A stretch of DNA of 64,000 bases. It comes from Takakia lepidozioides. Lineage: Eukaryota; Plantae; Bryophyta. A model generated the notes under the pieces. The model made no database searches and was not told the DNA's origin. It saw nothing but the letters and a program-made list of their open reading frames with translations. Location: the NCBI GenBank assembly GCA_030704615.1, contig CM060734.1, forward strand, positions 5,642,001 through 5,706,000, written 5' to 3'. Position numbers and translations under genes: made by a program. Of the stretch, positions 48,311-61,696 are shown piece after piece. Within the stretch, counting starts at the first letter, position 1. Every line of letters starts with the position of its first letter.

Positions 48311-50764
48311 GATATCATAAAAGAGGAGGTGAAATTGAGCCCCGGAGCTAGATCAAAGCAGATTCAGCTGAAGGCAGCCCACAAGATTGCTCTTGGCAAA
48401 ATCATGTCTCAAGATGGTTCAGACCGGGTGCCCTTGAACGAAGAGGAGATGCTTGACCTGTTGGAGTCCGTCTCGCACGTTTGTAGTCCGAATGTGCAGA
48501 ATCACATCGTATCTTGCAAGCAGGATTTCGGCCGGGGGTCGGACATGCACTCAATCCTGGAGGTGAAACGAATGACTGGATATGACTACATCCAAGGTAG
48601 CAGGTTTCTAGGGCAAGGCAGCGAATCCGATCGTTGTTACATTTTTAAAATGTCGACGTGTGGGCCTGGGAGTGGAGTCGACTTGGTCACTCGCATGACA
48701 ACTGGAAACTTGTCAAATGCTTGGGTGATGTTTGATCACATCAAGCGAATTACAATCCATCAGTGGGTGACTATGGGTGCGCATGTTTATGACTATCACT
48801 CCAAGAGGCGATTGCAATCTGCGAGATGAAAGGGGAGGACACACAGTCGGAGATGCATCTGTGGGAGGGCATAAACGAGCAGATGGCGAGGGCGGGATTG
48901 CCAGAGCCCAATTTCAGGGGATTCATGGCAGACAACGCTCAGGCCAACTGGGCAGCGGTGCGGCGTGTGTACGGTGAGGACCCCAATGTTCCAATGGAGG
49001 GGAAAGAGAGATCTTGTGGATTCCATTGGATGCAGAGTCTATCTCACTACACTACCAAATTTGTTGCTAGCTCATTCCAGGCTGAACACCGTGTCCTTTG
49101 TACGGCATGGAAGGATGCACCCACAGATGACGCGGAGGTAAGTTTGCTATCGAGGCTTGGTGGGTCAGGTGCAGTGGAGACACCAATCTGGAGCCTTGCA
49201 CAGCTGGTTGGTGGCATGTCGACAGTTCGACAGGACAGTACATGCGGGAGGTATGATGCTGTCATTTTCGTGCAATTGTCTTTCTATTACGGACCTTTCC
49301 ATTAGTTCCTCACCATTGTTTGTGTCCTTGTAGGAGCGGTGCTTGGATTCCAACACGGACATGCCGAACACAAATATGGCAGAATCAGTGCACTCCTCCT
49401 GGCGAGCGTCTTCTGCCGCACATCTGGTGGACGTAGTGACGGCCACAACGGAGGACATCGACAGAGCAATCATGCAGCAAGCCACGTACTACAAGTTCCT
49501 GAGCGGGAAACAATGGGGCTTTGGGCCGGACAAGGAGGAATTGTTGGTACGAACAGCTTCGAGGTCAAAGAATCCACTGAAATGGGCGATAGCATTGCGA
49601 GAGAAGATCAAATGGACGCCTCTGCACCGCAGAGGTGAGCACCTAGAGGGGGACGTCCGTACTCGCCCTGTGAGGCGGAGGATTGAAGAGGAACCCGGGT
49701 GCGAAGAGGATTCCTGGAGATCCGACAGGAACATTCGGACAGCACCTCGAGGGCCCGTCATGTTGCCACACAATGTGTCTTCCAGCAGTGGAAGCCCAAG
49801 AAATTCCAGATCGCCATCGCCTTCAAGTGGGGATTCCGTGCGAGAAATTCCCACCGCTCGCTTGCCCCAGATTCCGCCCGCTCTTATGCAGTATGGTCAA
49901 GCCATTGTGGAGACGACTGTGTCTGCGTCACAGTGGAGAATTGCTCGCACAAAGCCGTCGTTTCGAGGCAGGTGTTCCGCAATTCGAGTGGATACACGAC
50001 AACGTTGTTTAGAGATGATAAGGAGGAATCCAGATGGTGCTGTCCCAGCTCCTATTTTTATAGGAAGATTTGTCCATGCAAAGTTTGCGGAGGCGACAAC
50101 CACCCAGTTCTGGTTCTGCAGGCACGACATTATGACTTGCGTGTATGGAAAGCCCAAGTACGGCATACAAACAATGCCAGAGGCTCCCCTGGTGTGGCCG
50201 GTGGAACCAGGCTGCGATCTGAGTCAGATTGAGGCCGACGCCCTTACCGCCACAGGATTTCGGATGGTGCAGCGCACTGACGTCCCCAGACAACCATTTT
50301 CGTTTCCACAGCCTCCACCACCGACCCCTATGAGAGCAAGAACAATGGGACCCGACAGCTCTAAGTATTCTACACACCATTGGGGGAAACCGAAGAGGCG
50401 GCGACCTCCCTCAAAAGTGAACGAGACAAGGATGGGGAATGCACTTCGGATGAACTGTATTACCCAGAGCTCGACAGAAGTGCCCCCACCAGGCTTCGGG
50501 CGTGTGTATCAGATGGCCACGGCAGGCTCAGCTGTTTGCAATGAGGTGTACACCATCACCATTTCAGAATTACCCACCTGCAATTGCACCGACTTCCAGA
50601 TCATGGCGAACAAGGGGGCATCATACTGCCCTTGCAAGCATTTGTACTACGTGTACCTAAAGAGACTCCGGTGTAATTCCACAACTCATCACTTCATACA
50701 TGCACCAGGGTTGAGCCCCCAAGAGGTGCACACTCTTCTGAATATGGATCCAGGGGACCAGTGA
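47861..50764 (+). pseudogene. Mutator-like transposase: GCM/WRKY-like Zn finger + MULE DDE + SWIM (copy 1)
   Basis: CAGKLRCLNPAC...CAHC...C...C...IHVGVHCHP; VMFDH; FMADNAQANWAAVRRVY...CGFH; TNMAESVHSSW; CNCTDF...CPCKHLYYV. Intron 49251-49333. Small deletions or frameshifts near 48800 and 49130-49250. Confidence 0.9.
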
Positions 50765-51591
50765 CCTTGGGCCGGTCCCAACACTATGGTACGTCCATCC
50801 TTTTCGGATAGTAGAACTGTACTGCTGCAAGTAGCTCTGACTCTGGCCACAGAAAAGTCCGACTTATGTCTTGCCTACCAGTAACCTGTTTTGCTCGAAC
50901 TAAGATAATACTATGTTATTCACTCGTGTTTCCACGTGCATGTATTTTTGTGTGTTGGAGGGTTCCTGTTTTTCTGCTCTCCCAAACTTTGCTTTCCTCA
51001 TTCGACCCCCGGCAAGGAAATGCGGCGCCGCATTTCCAAGTAACATCGTAGGTACTGATAGATGCGGCATTCACCAACACCAAACTACCCAGAAATTTCG
51101 CACGTGCAAACCCTAATGCGGCACCGCATTTCCCAGTTTAGTTGCAAACCTTTCCCGCCGAATACTCGAAGATGACAGAATTGTGCAGACTCTATTGGTT
51201 CAATCGCGGCAAAAGGGTCAGCGTCATTCCAATGTTAAGGCATGTAAAACCGCGGAATACTCTATACAGGCCAGTATGCGACGTCCTTTTGCCGTGGTAT
51301 ACTGGATTTCTCGTTGCACGGTCACGCATTTCCATGAGCGGATCTAAAAAACCATGAGCGGATTTGTTACTGACGACATATGTTCGCCGCATTACAGGAT
51401 CTGGAACTTCCAAAAACGGCAAGGTCAAATATAAAACTATTATTTTAATACTTGTTTAATCTGCCGCATTTCCAAATTTGGAGGAGTCCGCTCATGAAAT
51501 CCGCGTGTCTTAGACTTCGGCTCACCGCTCATGCGGCTCATGCGGTCATGGCTCATGGCTCATGGTTTCTGCTCATGAAATAGTAAACCTC

Positions 51592-52050
51592 CTTGACGAT
51601 CGGCGTTAGAGTGCCATCAAAGGATCTCGGGTAAAAACCAGTGTTCAAAGGGTTCCTCAGGGCTTTGGTGGGCTCATCATCAATCAAAAGCCTTTGGCCT
51701 TTTAGGCCGTAGGGCTTACAACTTCTCCCGAAGTGTTCCCAAAGATCAACAATGTCTTTAATGTAGAATGGCTGTGTTGAGGCAATGTAGGCAGGAAGCT
51801 TGGTGCAAGTATCCCGACACCAGATAAAGCAAAATTTCCTGACCATATCCTTCGGGAGAAGATATGCAAGAAGAGCCTCAACCATATGCTGCACTCCACA
51901 TGACCATATACCCACATGGTAATGGTTGAACGCAAGTTCAAGAAATTCCAGAAGACCCGGATGAGGAACGACATTGTCCCAATCGTAGGGAATTTTGGCA
52001 CGAGGGAAATGTTCAAGGATGTAGTGTGAATGCAGGGGAGTGACATTGAA
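51592..52050 (-). pseudogene. FCP1/NIF-like HAD phosphatase fragment, cut by the copy-1 TIR
   Basis: HPGLLEFLELAFNHYHVGIWSC...FIWCRDTC...KDIVDLW...LLIDDEPTKALRNPLN. Confidence 0.75.
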
Positions 52051-54971
52051 AATTTCGTTACTTGCTTAGATTCTTCATTTCCACAAGAAAGGGCCCGATA
52101 CCAATGTGAAAATAGGTTGAGTTGTCCCTGCAATTTATTCCATACATGTTTCTAGGTTACATCATGGGAATGATGGGGAACTCTTGGCCAGGATGAAAGT
52201 GGCGAAGTCGTGACCAGGCGTATTTTCATCCGGACGATGAATGGATTGCATCCATGCTTACTGGATGACTCCCAGGAACGAGGACGAAGGATCATGTGCC
52301 AAGGATGCAATGAATTTGTAATTAACTCTGTTAATGAAACCTAGCACGTTTTCCGTTCGTGAAAGTGGACGACTTTCATCACTGGCGGTTACCCTAGAAA
52401 CGTGGGACGAGGAAGACGAGGGGCAGATGACGGGGGCTCTGAGCAGATGCTTAACAGTGTGAATTAGCAAGGCATTGTGTCAAGGGCGATTGCATCTACG
52501 CTGGGGCATCTGGCTTGCATTAAGGGAGGTGTTAATGTAGAGGATAAGGGCACAGCTTGGTAATCTGTGCAGCAGGGAAAGCGGTGCCGCCATCTTCTTG
52601 GTAATGATTGATTTCAAGAGGATATGCTTACAGGGAGATCGGCGTGGCATGCGATGGAGCAATCAGTTAACAGGCGGTGCCATCGGTGCTATGGTGAATG
52701 GGTAGCTTAGGGCTTGCTGGAGGATAATCGTGCAGGGAACAGCTAGGTAATTTGTGCTCAAGCCAAGTGAAGGGAGGCGGTTCAGTAATCGTTTCATAGC
52801 TTTGAAGAAAGGGAGTGCTGCAGACGATTCATGAAGGGCAAGGGAAGTAATATCATGTGCTACTGACAGAAGTAATGAAGGCATAGAGCGGTGCTGCCTG
52901 TGATTTGACCTCTGAAGGTGTAGGAGTTGGGGGAAAGCAGCTCCGTGGAGGGGCGGCAGTGCCGTCGTTACTCTCATGACCACGATGACAGGGCGAACAC
53001 GGATTGAACTTGCAAGGGAAACGGCCTGCTGCCAGGGGAATAGGAAGGTGGGGTTGCTGGCACAATCAAAGGCTAGTTAAGGTGATGGAGCAGCTCCACA
53101 TGACGAGCATCTGCCAGAGGTAGGGTGTGCAAACTGATACTGCCGCCATTGCATTCATGTGCGATTATTGAAAGCTGCACTTGTGGGAGAAGCAATTGCT
53201 GCCAAATGACTGGCAGCGATGGGATTACTGACTTGGCCACATGTTGACTGGTGCAATCGCCAGAATGAGGGCATTGGCTTGTGGACAGTGAATCAGGTTA
53301 TCTGTAAATAAGGAGGCAAAGAGTGAAATGTATAGAGCAAGAAGCTTTCAGATGATGACTGTCTTCTGTTTATCATATCAGATCTTAGGGTAGATTAGCA
53401 GAGATGGTGGGACAGGGTAGTTAGTTGGCAAGCGACAGGGTTACTGCCATGGGCTGAAACAGAGCCGTCATGACTCACTGAACGCTTGAATCGACAAATA
53501 TTTGAAAGGTGGAGTGGCAGAGCGATGACAAGATCTGACATGCATAGATCTTTGTTTTTACAACGTGGCATTCAGACGACAAGAGGAGTTAGGGTAGCTG
53601 TTGACAGAGATGGTGAGGTGCCATTTCGGGCAGGCAATCCCACCGCTTCAGCTGGAGTATAAGACAGCTAAGTTCGTAGATGCATGTCTCTTCTCTCACT
53701 TAGGAATAGTGGCTTCTCTCAGATTTAGGAATAGAGGCTTCTTCTTCTTCCACTTAGGAATAGTTGCTATGGAATTTTGGTAGAGATACTCTCAATGGAA
53801 ATGAGAGAGACAATTTTTTTTTTTGGAAAATGGAATGGAGACTTCTGGAATTCATACCAATCCTGGTGGTAGAGAGAAAGTGAGGCAGGGTGGAAGTTAT
53901 GAGGAGTGCTGCAAGAAGTTGGGAAGTCAGTTCTTAACATAGGATGCTTCCTGTTTTGGGAGGATGTGAATGAGGGAGAGTAAGAAAGACGTGCCCATGA
54001 CTTACAATGATGGCAACATGCATATAATTAGGTTAGGCAGTAGCATTTTCAGAGAGAATGAATCAGGTGGAAGTAAACCTGTTGGCTGCTGATTGCATGA
54101 TATACTTAGAAGCATGCAGGGGTTGAGGCCTGCAACAGAGAAGATCACTTGAGGGTGATTATTGGTAGCCCATTTGTATCTGCAAGAAGGGATTGAGAGG
54201 GTTGAAAGTGTCATATGTCCTTGATGCAAAGGGATGGGGAAAAGAATCTTGAAAGAGGAATGGTGGATCATCAAAGTGAGGCTATGTGTGTGGAAAACCC
54301 GGAGCTGGTTGTAGTTGAACCAGTGACCACAAAACTTGATGTGTATTTCATGGAACTGGCCTGCCAGTATTATCAAGTGATTGCCCTTCATGGGTGCTGG
54401 CTAACCTAATTTTGTGATAATGTATGTGTTGAAACATTTAGGAAACAGAACCCTGGCATATGTAATACCCTGTTTATAAATGAGCCAAGTTATAAATTAG
54501 AGAAACTTCTCAACCTCTGTCCATGTCTTCTCTTTCGCTGCGGCGTGGATGAGGGTACCCAATCTCTGATCATGAATAGAGTAGAAGTAATTGCATGTGG
54601 TGTGAGTCATAGGGCATCAAGTGTATATTTGGGTAAGGAACAATTTAGGAGTTAACTAGAAGGGGATTTATGCCCCCTTCTTTTCACACTACAAGGAACC
54701 TCTGTGATCCAACAGGCTTGGGTTTATAGCACAATAAACCAACAACACTCAGAATGATTAACTTTCTTTGACCTCTAGAGGATGCCGTCACTCGTGTCTT
54801 CTGGCGCAAGAGATTTGCTGCCGTGCTCGCTTGAAAATGGTCATGACCCATCTGCCAAGATTCGACGGTTAGCTTTGGATGTGACCATCGGCAGCTATAT
54901 TACTGATGTGTAGTAAAATAAGATGAATCTAGAATTTATGGCGACTTAAACAAAACTGAGTCTGTGCTTCG

Positions 54972-55679
54972 GGGTGAAAGCATGGTAGGGTCGGCCCAAA
55001 ATGGAAGTCCCAGACAGTTTATTTTTGCATTTTGTATATATAGGACTCAATGAAGATGTTAAGTTGGAATTTTTTTATGGGTTATGAAGCAAAATCTAGA
55101 CCATTGTTGACGTTTCCAACATAATGAATTTTGAATCAGACAAATCTGACAAGATTTTAAAGTAGCTTGTGCGGTCACAACGGGTGATATGCCCTTCATG
55201 GACTCATTGGGAAATGAATCCGACATCCATTGTAGATGGAAAATTTAACCACCTTCACTGATCTCCCTTGTTATATGAAAATCTGGTTCAATGGTCAAAA
55301 TTTCCTCCCCTACAAGTTTTAGACGTAATTAAATATTTATAAATTTCGTGAATTAGCACATCGATTTTGGACATGCAATCTTCATTATTTTTTATATATC
55401 CTTTCACAATAAGATGGATTGAAAGCTTATGGAGGGAAACATGCCTACAAAATTTAGACTCAAACCTACCTATGAAGACTTGCAAATTTTCAATCTATGA
55501 ATTGATGTCAATAAAGGGTGAGATTGATAAATAAACTTAGGGAGATAGCATGATATCATATGTATGTAGTCTTCAAGGTTTCACAAATAGGTTTGTCTAA
55601 AAATACATTGTCCATGAAAGTGGAGTCGAGGACTCCCAGATTCTGCCAGTTTTGGGTGGACCCTATCCTGCATTGACCC
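54972..55679. mobile_element. MITE with ~33-bp imperfect TIRs
   Basis: GGGTGAAAGCATGGTAGGGTCGGCCCAAAATGG vs rc GGGTCAATGCAGGATAGGGTCCACCCAAAACTGG. Flanks TTCG/TTCA. AT-rich interior. Confidence 0.6.
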
Positions 55680-55699
55680 TTCAGGAAATAAGTCAAAAT

Positions 55700-56770
55700 G
55701 TTGTAAGTGGGAAGGAAGGGACGGGAGGTCTCCCGTCCAAATACCTCTTTGTCAATTTCGGCGGCGGACACATCCCCGAATGATCTTTGGGCTTGGTTTC
55801 GTCTTCCACCTTCTCTCTGCTGAGAGACAAGGACGATTAGTTTAGGTCTCAATTGAATGAAATCAAGAATGATATACAATTGACTTCCAGATGCAAACAC
55901 AAACTGGAATGACTAAGTGGAATGGTAGCGCACACCTCGGTGGAATTCTCCATTGCAACCTCATTGCTTTGTCTGTCGAGTGATTCTCTCCGGATACTTC
56001 CTCGGGCTCCACTTCCTACGTCTCTTCTTCGCCGCTGAAACAGAACGACGTCTCGTTAGAAGCAGCAAGACGATGTCAATCGGTGTAAAGTGAGAAAGTG
56101 TAATGAGAGAGCACACCTCCGCAAGATTCTTCGACGCCGCGCCACGCGCTCCTACAATTGATTTGAAACAAATACATGAGGATCGAAGATAGGGAACAAA
56201 TGCAGCCTAAATTCAATTGTAAGGAGAGCAAGGTGATCAATAGGTACAAACCTTTCTCTCTGACTGGGGTTCTCTCAAAAGCCTCCGGAGGATTTCTTGC
56301 TAGTGCCTCTACAGCAGCGGTGATATCATTCTCTCTAGAGTCTTCAACCCGATCCTCATTAACGTTCAACTGCCCTGATGCTGAGGTATTCGCAAAAGAA
56401 GAGGACGGGAGACCTCCCGTGCCCACCCTTGATGGAGAGGAATTAACAATAGAAACCTCCACAGCATCTGATGCAACATCCTCCGGAGACAATCCAACGG
56501 TCGAAGGGGTACAATAGTCGTCAACAATTGCCCTCAACCCATCAACGACACCATCCGTGAGCACTCCTTCGGCGGCGGGAATGCTAACACCAGTAGGGAG
56601 CTCCGTTTCCAATGTCTGCGTCTGTGGGATGTGGTCGATGGAGGTCAACTGTGACTGCCTTAAAGTGTCAGGGTTTCGAATGAGATCTTGTGTGTTTCCA
56701 GCAGATGTGATGTCCTCGGTTATGGGGAATTGTGCCGGCAACGGATTGGCAGGAGTGTCAATGAGCTATG
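55700..56770 (-). other. Spliced ORF fragments of an unidentified low-complexity protein
   Basis: Open frame 56741-~56250 ending at a GT donor, followed by short exons with GT-AG borders. No recognisable domain. Confidence 0.35.
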
Positions 56771-56831
56771 CATTGCTAACACCATGAAGTAGTTGTGGAG
56801 TGGGAAGCTCTATTTTCATTGTCCTTGTCTG

Positions 56832-58417
56832 TGTCGCGCACCTCACTTCGGTACTCCGTCATAGTTACTAGCTTTGTCATAGTTACTCGCCGCGCCTGAC
56901 TCCCAACCTGGCCGCCCAGACCAACTTTTCGGCTGCTCACCGGGACATAAACGGTCCCCCTTCGCTTCCCACTAAACCCTCCACCTATTTGGGACTAGGA
57001 GAATTCCCTTTGGTAGATGGCAGTCCGGAACAGCTCCCACTCTTTGGTCGCTTTCCGGCTCGCTCGCTTACTCACTAGTTTTTGGTCACCAACGGGCTTG
57101 CACCGTTCTCGGGGTTACTACTCCCTATATATACTTCTGTAGCTGTCCGCGGGGGTTTCACAACCAGCCATGCCATTTTATGGCGAACCACCACGAAACC
57201 CTCGACTCCCGGTGATGAGTCGCGGTGAGTCTTGGCCCGCTCACCACGGCCCCTATGGACCGTGATGAGTCCCAAGACTCCCCACGACTCCCACACGAGG
57301 TCTCCGCCCCATGGTGAGTCCTATGCCACCCCCACTAAGTCCCGCTAAGCTACCACTACCCCTTGTGGAGCCACCCCCACCGCAACCCGGTGTGCGGGGC
57401 TCCACCTAATGAGCGCCTCCGCCTCCTTGAGTGCCTTGGGCACTCAAGGATGCTTCAGCCCCCCATACCTATCGTTGCCGCTGCCCCCACCACAGGGGCA
57501 GCCCCTCATGTGTCCCGACCCCTGCCCTCAAGGCAAAGGGCCGCGACACACACCCCTACCAACAGGGAGTCGATGTCCTCATCGACTTGTCCATTTTGTA
57601 GAAACGAACATCCAAGTTGTGGCGTCCCACATCAAGGAGTTTGTTTCCGTACCATGGCGTCCCATGGCAAAGAACCAAACCCCACACTTGACTCTACTCT
57701 CCACTAGCTAGTTCGGCCGACTTCCTCCAAGTCCCGGCCAAGGGTGGAGCCTCTCCAGCTCCTCCCAGTGCACTCTTCTTGGCCTACTTCAAGGCCAAGG
57801 AACGATCCTCCCCGAGGATCGAATCGCCTTACTGCAACAACATTGCTTGCAACCGCTCGTGATGCCGCTTTGGGCATCACCTTGAGCAAGGGTTCACCTT
57901 GAACCCTCTTTGACTAGGAAGATAACCTTGAACCAACCGTGCGCCCAATCACTACAATTGGGTCCGCCTTGGAATGCTGGCCTGAGGTACGGGAACACAT
58001 CGAAGCCGCACTACGACTTCGTCCCGAGGCTACACGATTATAGTACGTGAACGGAAGCACGTAGCTTCCGCGTTAGCCCGCACTACAAGGCAACCACCTC
58101 GGTAGCGCAGTTATAGTACGCACACGCGCCAGGTGCGCACTAGCACGTGAACTCCCAAAGAAGGCGCATGTTTCCTTGCCCCTTGGATGGGAGTCACCCA
58201 GTTTCGACACTGCGCAAACACACGATTAACCCAATTTACCTCTCCCACTTTTGTAAGCTAGCATGCATTCTACACACTAGCCAACCAACCATGCATCACC
58301 ATTCCAAACACAATAGGACGCACAATATTTGGAACCCATTTCCTTTATAACAAATTTTGTACAATACAAGTTTTTGCAATCGGATTCCTGAGCTAGCTAA
58401 ACCGGGCTAAGCATGCA
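56832..58417 (-). repeat. Probable 3' LTR of the chromovirus
   Basis: Begins TG directly after the polypurine tract GGGGGAGGAAA (58418-58428, minus strand). Putative ...GCGACA end at 56832 is uncertain. Confidence 0.6.
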
Positions 58418-61400
58418 TTTCCTCCCCCACGCTCCAAGGTTGATGTCCCCATCAACGTTTCTTCCGCTTTTGAGGTCGCCCTTCGAACGCTGCAACTGCC
58501 TCGGATGCGTTTCCCATTTCTAAGGCACGCACCCAAGATGCCTCCACATGATGATAGCCCTTCCATTTCACGAGATACTCCGTTTCTCGGTTCTTGAACC
58601 TCCTCGACTTAAGTACTGCCTCCACCTCGTACTCATGTTCATTTTCATGATCCAATAGCATAGGTGGCGGACGCAACACTTGATGCCGATTTGGACGCGC
58701 TTCATCTTTGAAGTAAGGCTTCAAAAGGGAGACATGGAATACTGGGGCACCTTGCTGTTTACCGGCAGCTCCAATTCATACACATCCTCATTCATAACCT
58801 TCCGAATGCAAAAGGGTCCCGCATATGGAGGTACGAACTTCGGACTCACTTCCGGAGGTAGTCGGAAATTCTTGATGTTCAACCAGACCTCCGTGCCTGC
58901 CTCAAACTTCACTTCCTCCGCTTCCGATTCGACTGCCTTTCATACCGTTTCCTAGCTTTGGCAATGTTGTACTTTGCGAGCTTCAACAAACGCTCGCGTT
59001 TTTCTAGTACCTCCGCTACTGTCGGTTCCTCAACGTCCTGGGCGGCCCAACTTGTCAGCACCAGAGGTGCTTTTCCATAGACCAATACGAAAGGGGAAAC
59101 TCCCGTTGCGGAGTGTTTTGTGTTATTATAACAGAACTCTGCCGCGTCTAAGTGTTCCATCCAGTCTGATTGGTCTGCCGACACGTAATTCCGCAAGAAT
59201 TGCTTCACTACACGGAATTCACTCTTTCCGTTTGGCCGTCCGTCATAGGTCGGAAGGCGGTGCTTATCTTCAGCCTTGTCCCCATCTTCTTCCAAAGTGT
59301 CCTCCAAAATTTACTGGTAAACTTTAGATCGCGGTCCGAGACAATATCCTTCGGGACTCCATGATGCTTTAAGACGTTGGCAAAGTAAAGTCGCCCTGTC
59401 TCCTGCGCCGTTGCCGTCTCCTTGGTGGGGATGAAATGGCCCATTTTACTGAACCTATCCACCACCACCCTGATTGCATCGAATCCTTTTGACAGCGGCA
59501 TAGCAGTCATGAAATCCATCGAGACGCTTTCCCAAGTCCCCTCTGGAATCGGCAAGGGTTGTAACAGCCCCTTGCTTTTTTGTACTCGCTCCGGTTTTGT
59601 TGGCATGTGGTGCATGTCTTGACATACTCCTCTGCCTCCTCCCTCAGTTTGGGCCAGAAATACTCTTTCTTCAAGAGTGCCGCAGTGCGCTTGGCTCCGC
59701 CGTGGCCCGCAAGCGGGCTATCATGGCATTATCTCAAGAGACTATCCCTGATCCCTCCCTTCGGCACGTAGAGACGCTTTTGCTTATACCGGAGCAGTCC
59801 ATTTGCAAGTGGAACTGCGATTTAACCCCCATTCTCAAGTCCTGCATCACGGACTTTGCCAGCTCATCCTTCCGGCAAGCCTTCCGGATCTTCCTTTGGA
59901 GCGCCGTCTCGCCCTTGTACACCAACAAGAGCTGTTGCTTTCTACTTAAAGCATCGGCCACCACGTTGTCTCGTCCCGGTTTGTACTGGATATCCACGTC
60001 GAACACCGCCAAAGTATCTTGCCACCTAAGTTGTTTTGGGGACAACTTGGGCTGCGTGGCAAAATACTTCACCGTGACATTGTCCGTGAACACCTTCACT
60101 GGGTTGGAACCAACATAGTGGCGCCAAAGCTCGAGGCAATGCACCACTGCCTTCATCTCTTTTTCGTGCGTCGGCCACCGTCGCTCCACTTCATTCAGTT
60201 TCTTACTTTCGTAAGCCACTGGACGTCCATCTTGCATAAGTACACCCCAATCGCGAAGTCCGACGCATCTGTATGAATCTCAAATGGACGATCGAACTCC
60301 GGGATTTTCAAGACTGGAGCTTCCGCCATCCGCTACTTCAATTCAGCAAAAGCTTGGCCACAAAATGTATTCCATTCCCAGACTTTGGATTTACACAGAA
60401 GGTCCGACAACGGCCCCGCGATCTTGGCGAAATTTCTCACATACTTCCGGTAATAGGAGGCGAGTCCTAGGAAGGATCGCACTCCGGGACCGAAGTCGGA
60501 GGCTCCCAGTCCAAGATCCCCTCACCTTCTGTCATCCATTTTGATCCATCCTGTGTAATCACATCCCCAGGAACTCCACTTTTGTGACCCCGAATTCGCA
60601 CTTTGAAGCTTTGGCATACAGCTTCCCTTCTCGCAATTTTTGGAACACCCTTTTTAGGTGCTCCAGGTGTGTTCTCCTTTGTTTTCGAGTACACCAAGAT
60701 GTCGTCGATGTACACGATCACAAAGTCATCCAACCACTCCTGGAAAAGGCTGTTCATCAGCGTGCTAAATGTCGCTGGTGCATTGGTGAGCCCAAAAGGC
60801 ATCACCAAGAACTCATATGAACCATACCTTGTCCTGCACGCGGTCTTTCCTCATCTCCTTCCGCCACCGAATTTGATGATAGCTGGAGCGCAAGTCGATC
60901 CGGCTGAAATACTTCGCTCCTGCCAACCGATCGCAGAGGTCGTCGATCCTTGGCAAAGGGTACCGGTTTTTAATAGTCACCTTATTCAGAGCCCTGTAAT
61001 CGACACACATCCGCAACGTCCCATCCTTCTTGTCTGCTAATAGCACCGGGCTCCGTAAGGTGACTTACTCGGCCGGATATACCCTTTGATATTAGATCCT
61101 TGAACTGAGTCTTCAGCTCGACCAACTCTCTGTGGCTCAACCGGTAGGGCGCCTTGGCAGGCGGTTCCGATCCCGGTATCACCTCAATCTTGTGGTCAAC
61201 TCCTCTTCGCGGTGGCAAGCCGCTTGGTAAATCCTCCGGCATCACATCCTGGTATTTTCTCCAAAATCCCCTTGATCCAATCTGGGCTCGGCTCCCCATC
61301 GCCTTCTCCTTTCACTTCTCTAATGTAAAGCAAAAATTGGGGCTCGTGTGCCTCCTCCACGGCCCACTCCTTTGCTGACAGAAGGTTTATTCGCCCTCCC

Positions 61401-61696
61401 ACGGATTTGGGCGTTTCCGACACTCGTAAAACCTCGCCACCATTCCCACATGGCAGCGTGACTACTCTCTTGTGGCCATCTATGACCGCTCCGGATTTGC
61501 TCAAAAAGGTCATCCCCAAAATGAGATCCACTCCATCGATCTCGCAGATGGTGAAGTTCTCACGTCCCTCCCAACTCCCAGTTGAAGAGGAACATCAAAC
61601 GCCAACCTTGTCGCCAACTGTGGTTCTCCTTTGGCAGAACGCACCTCAATAGAGGCCCCCACGTCACTTGTCGGGAGTCCCAACTTTCGCGCCGCC
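56832..61696 (-). mobile_element. Ty3/Gypsy chromovirus (PR-RT-RH-INT-chromodomain), interrupted at 61697
   Basis: DLILGMTFL; [12 protein letters not shown]; [13 protein letters not shown]; [10 protein letters not shown]; VAYESKKL...ADALSR; SMDF..IVSDRD..TDGQTER; chromodomain YEVEAVL...YLVKWKGY...SW. Many frameshifts. Confidence 0.95.

Larger units (their letters stand above)
24116..51591. mobile_element. MULE-like element copy 1 (transposase + ParB-methyltransferase cargo), expanded by nested insertions; left TIR not found
   Basis: Right TIR (rc GAGGTTTACTATTTCATGAGC) ends at 51591 with GCTCATG subterminal repeats. Transposase on + strand. Cargo exons on - strand are colinear from 48.3 kb down to 24.1 kb. 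Confidence 0.75.
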
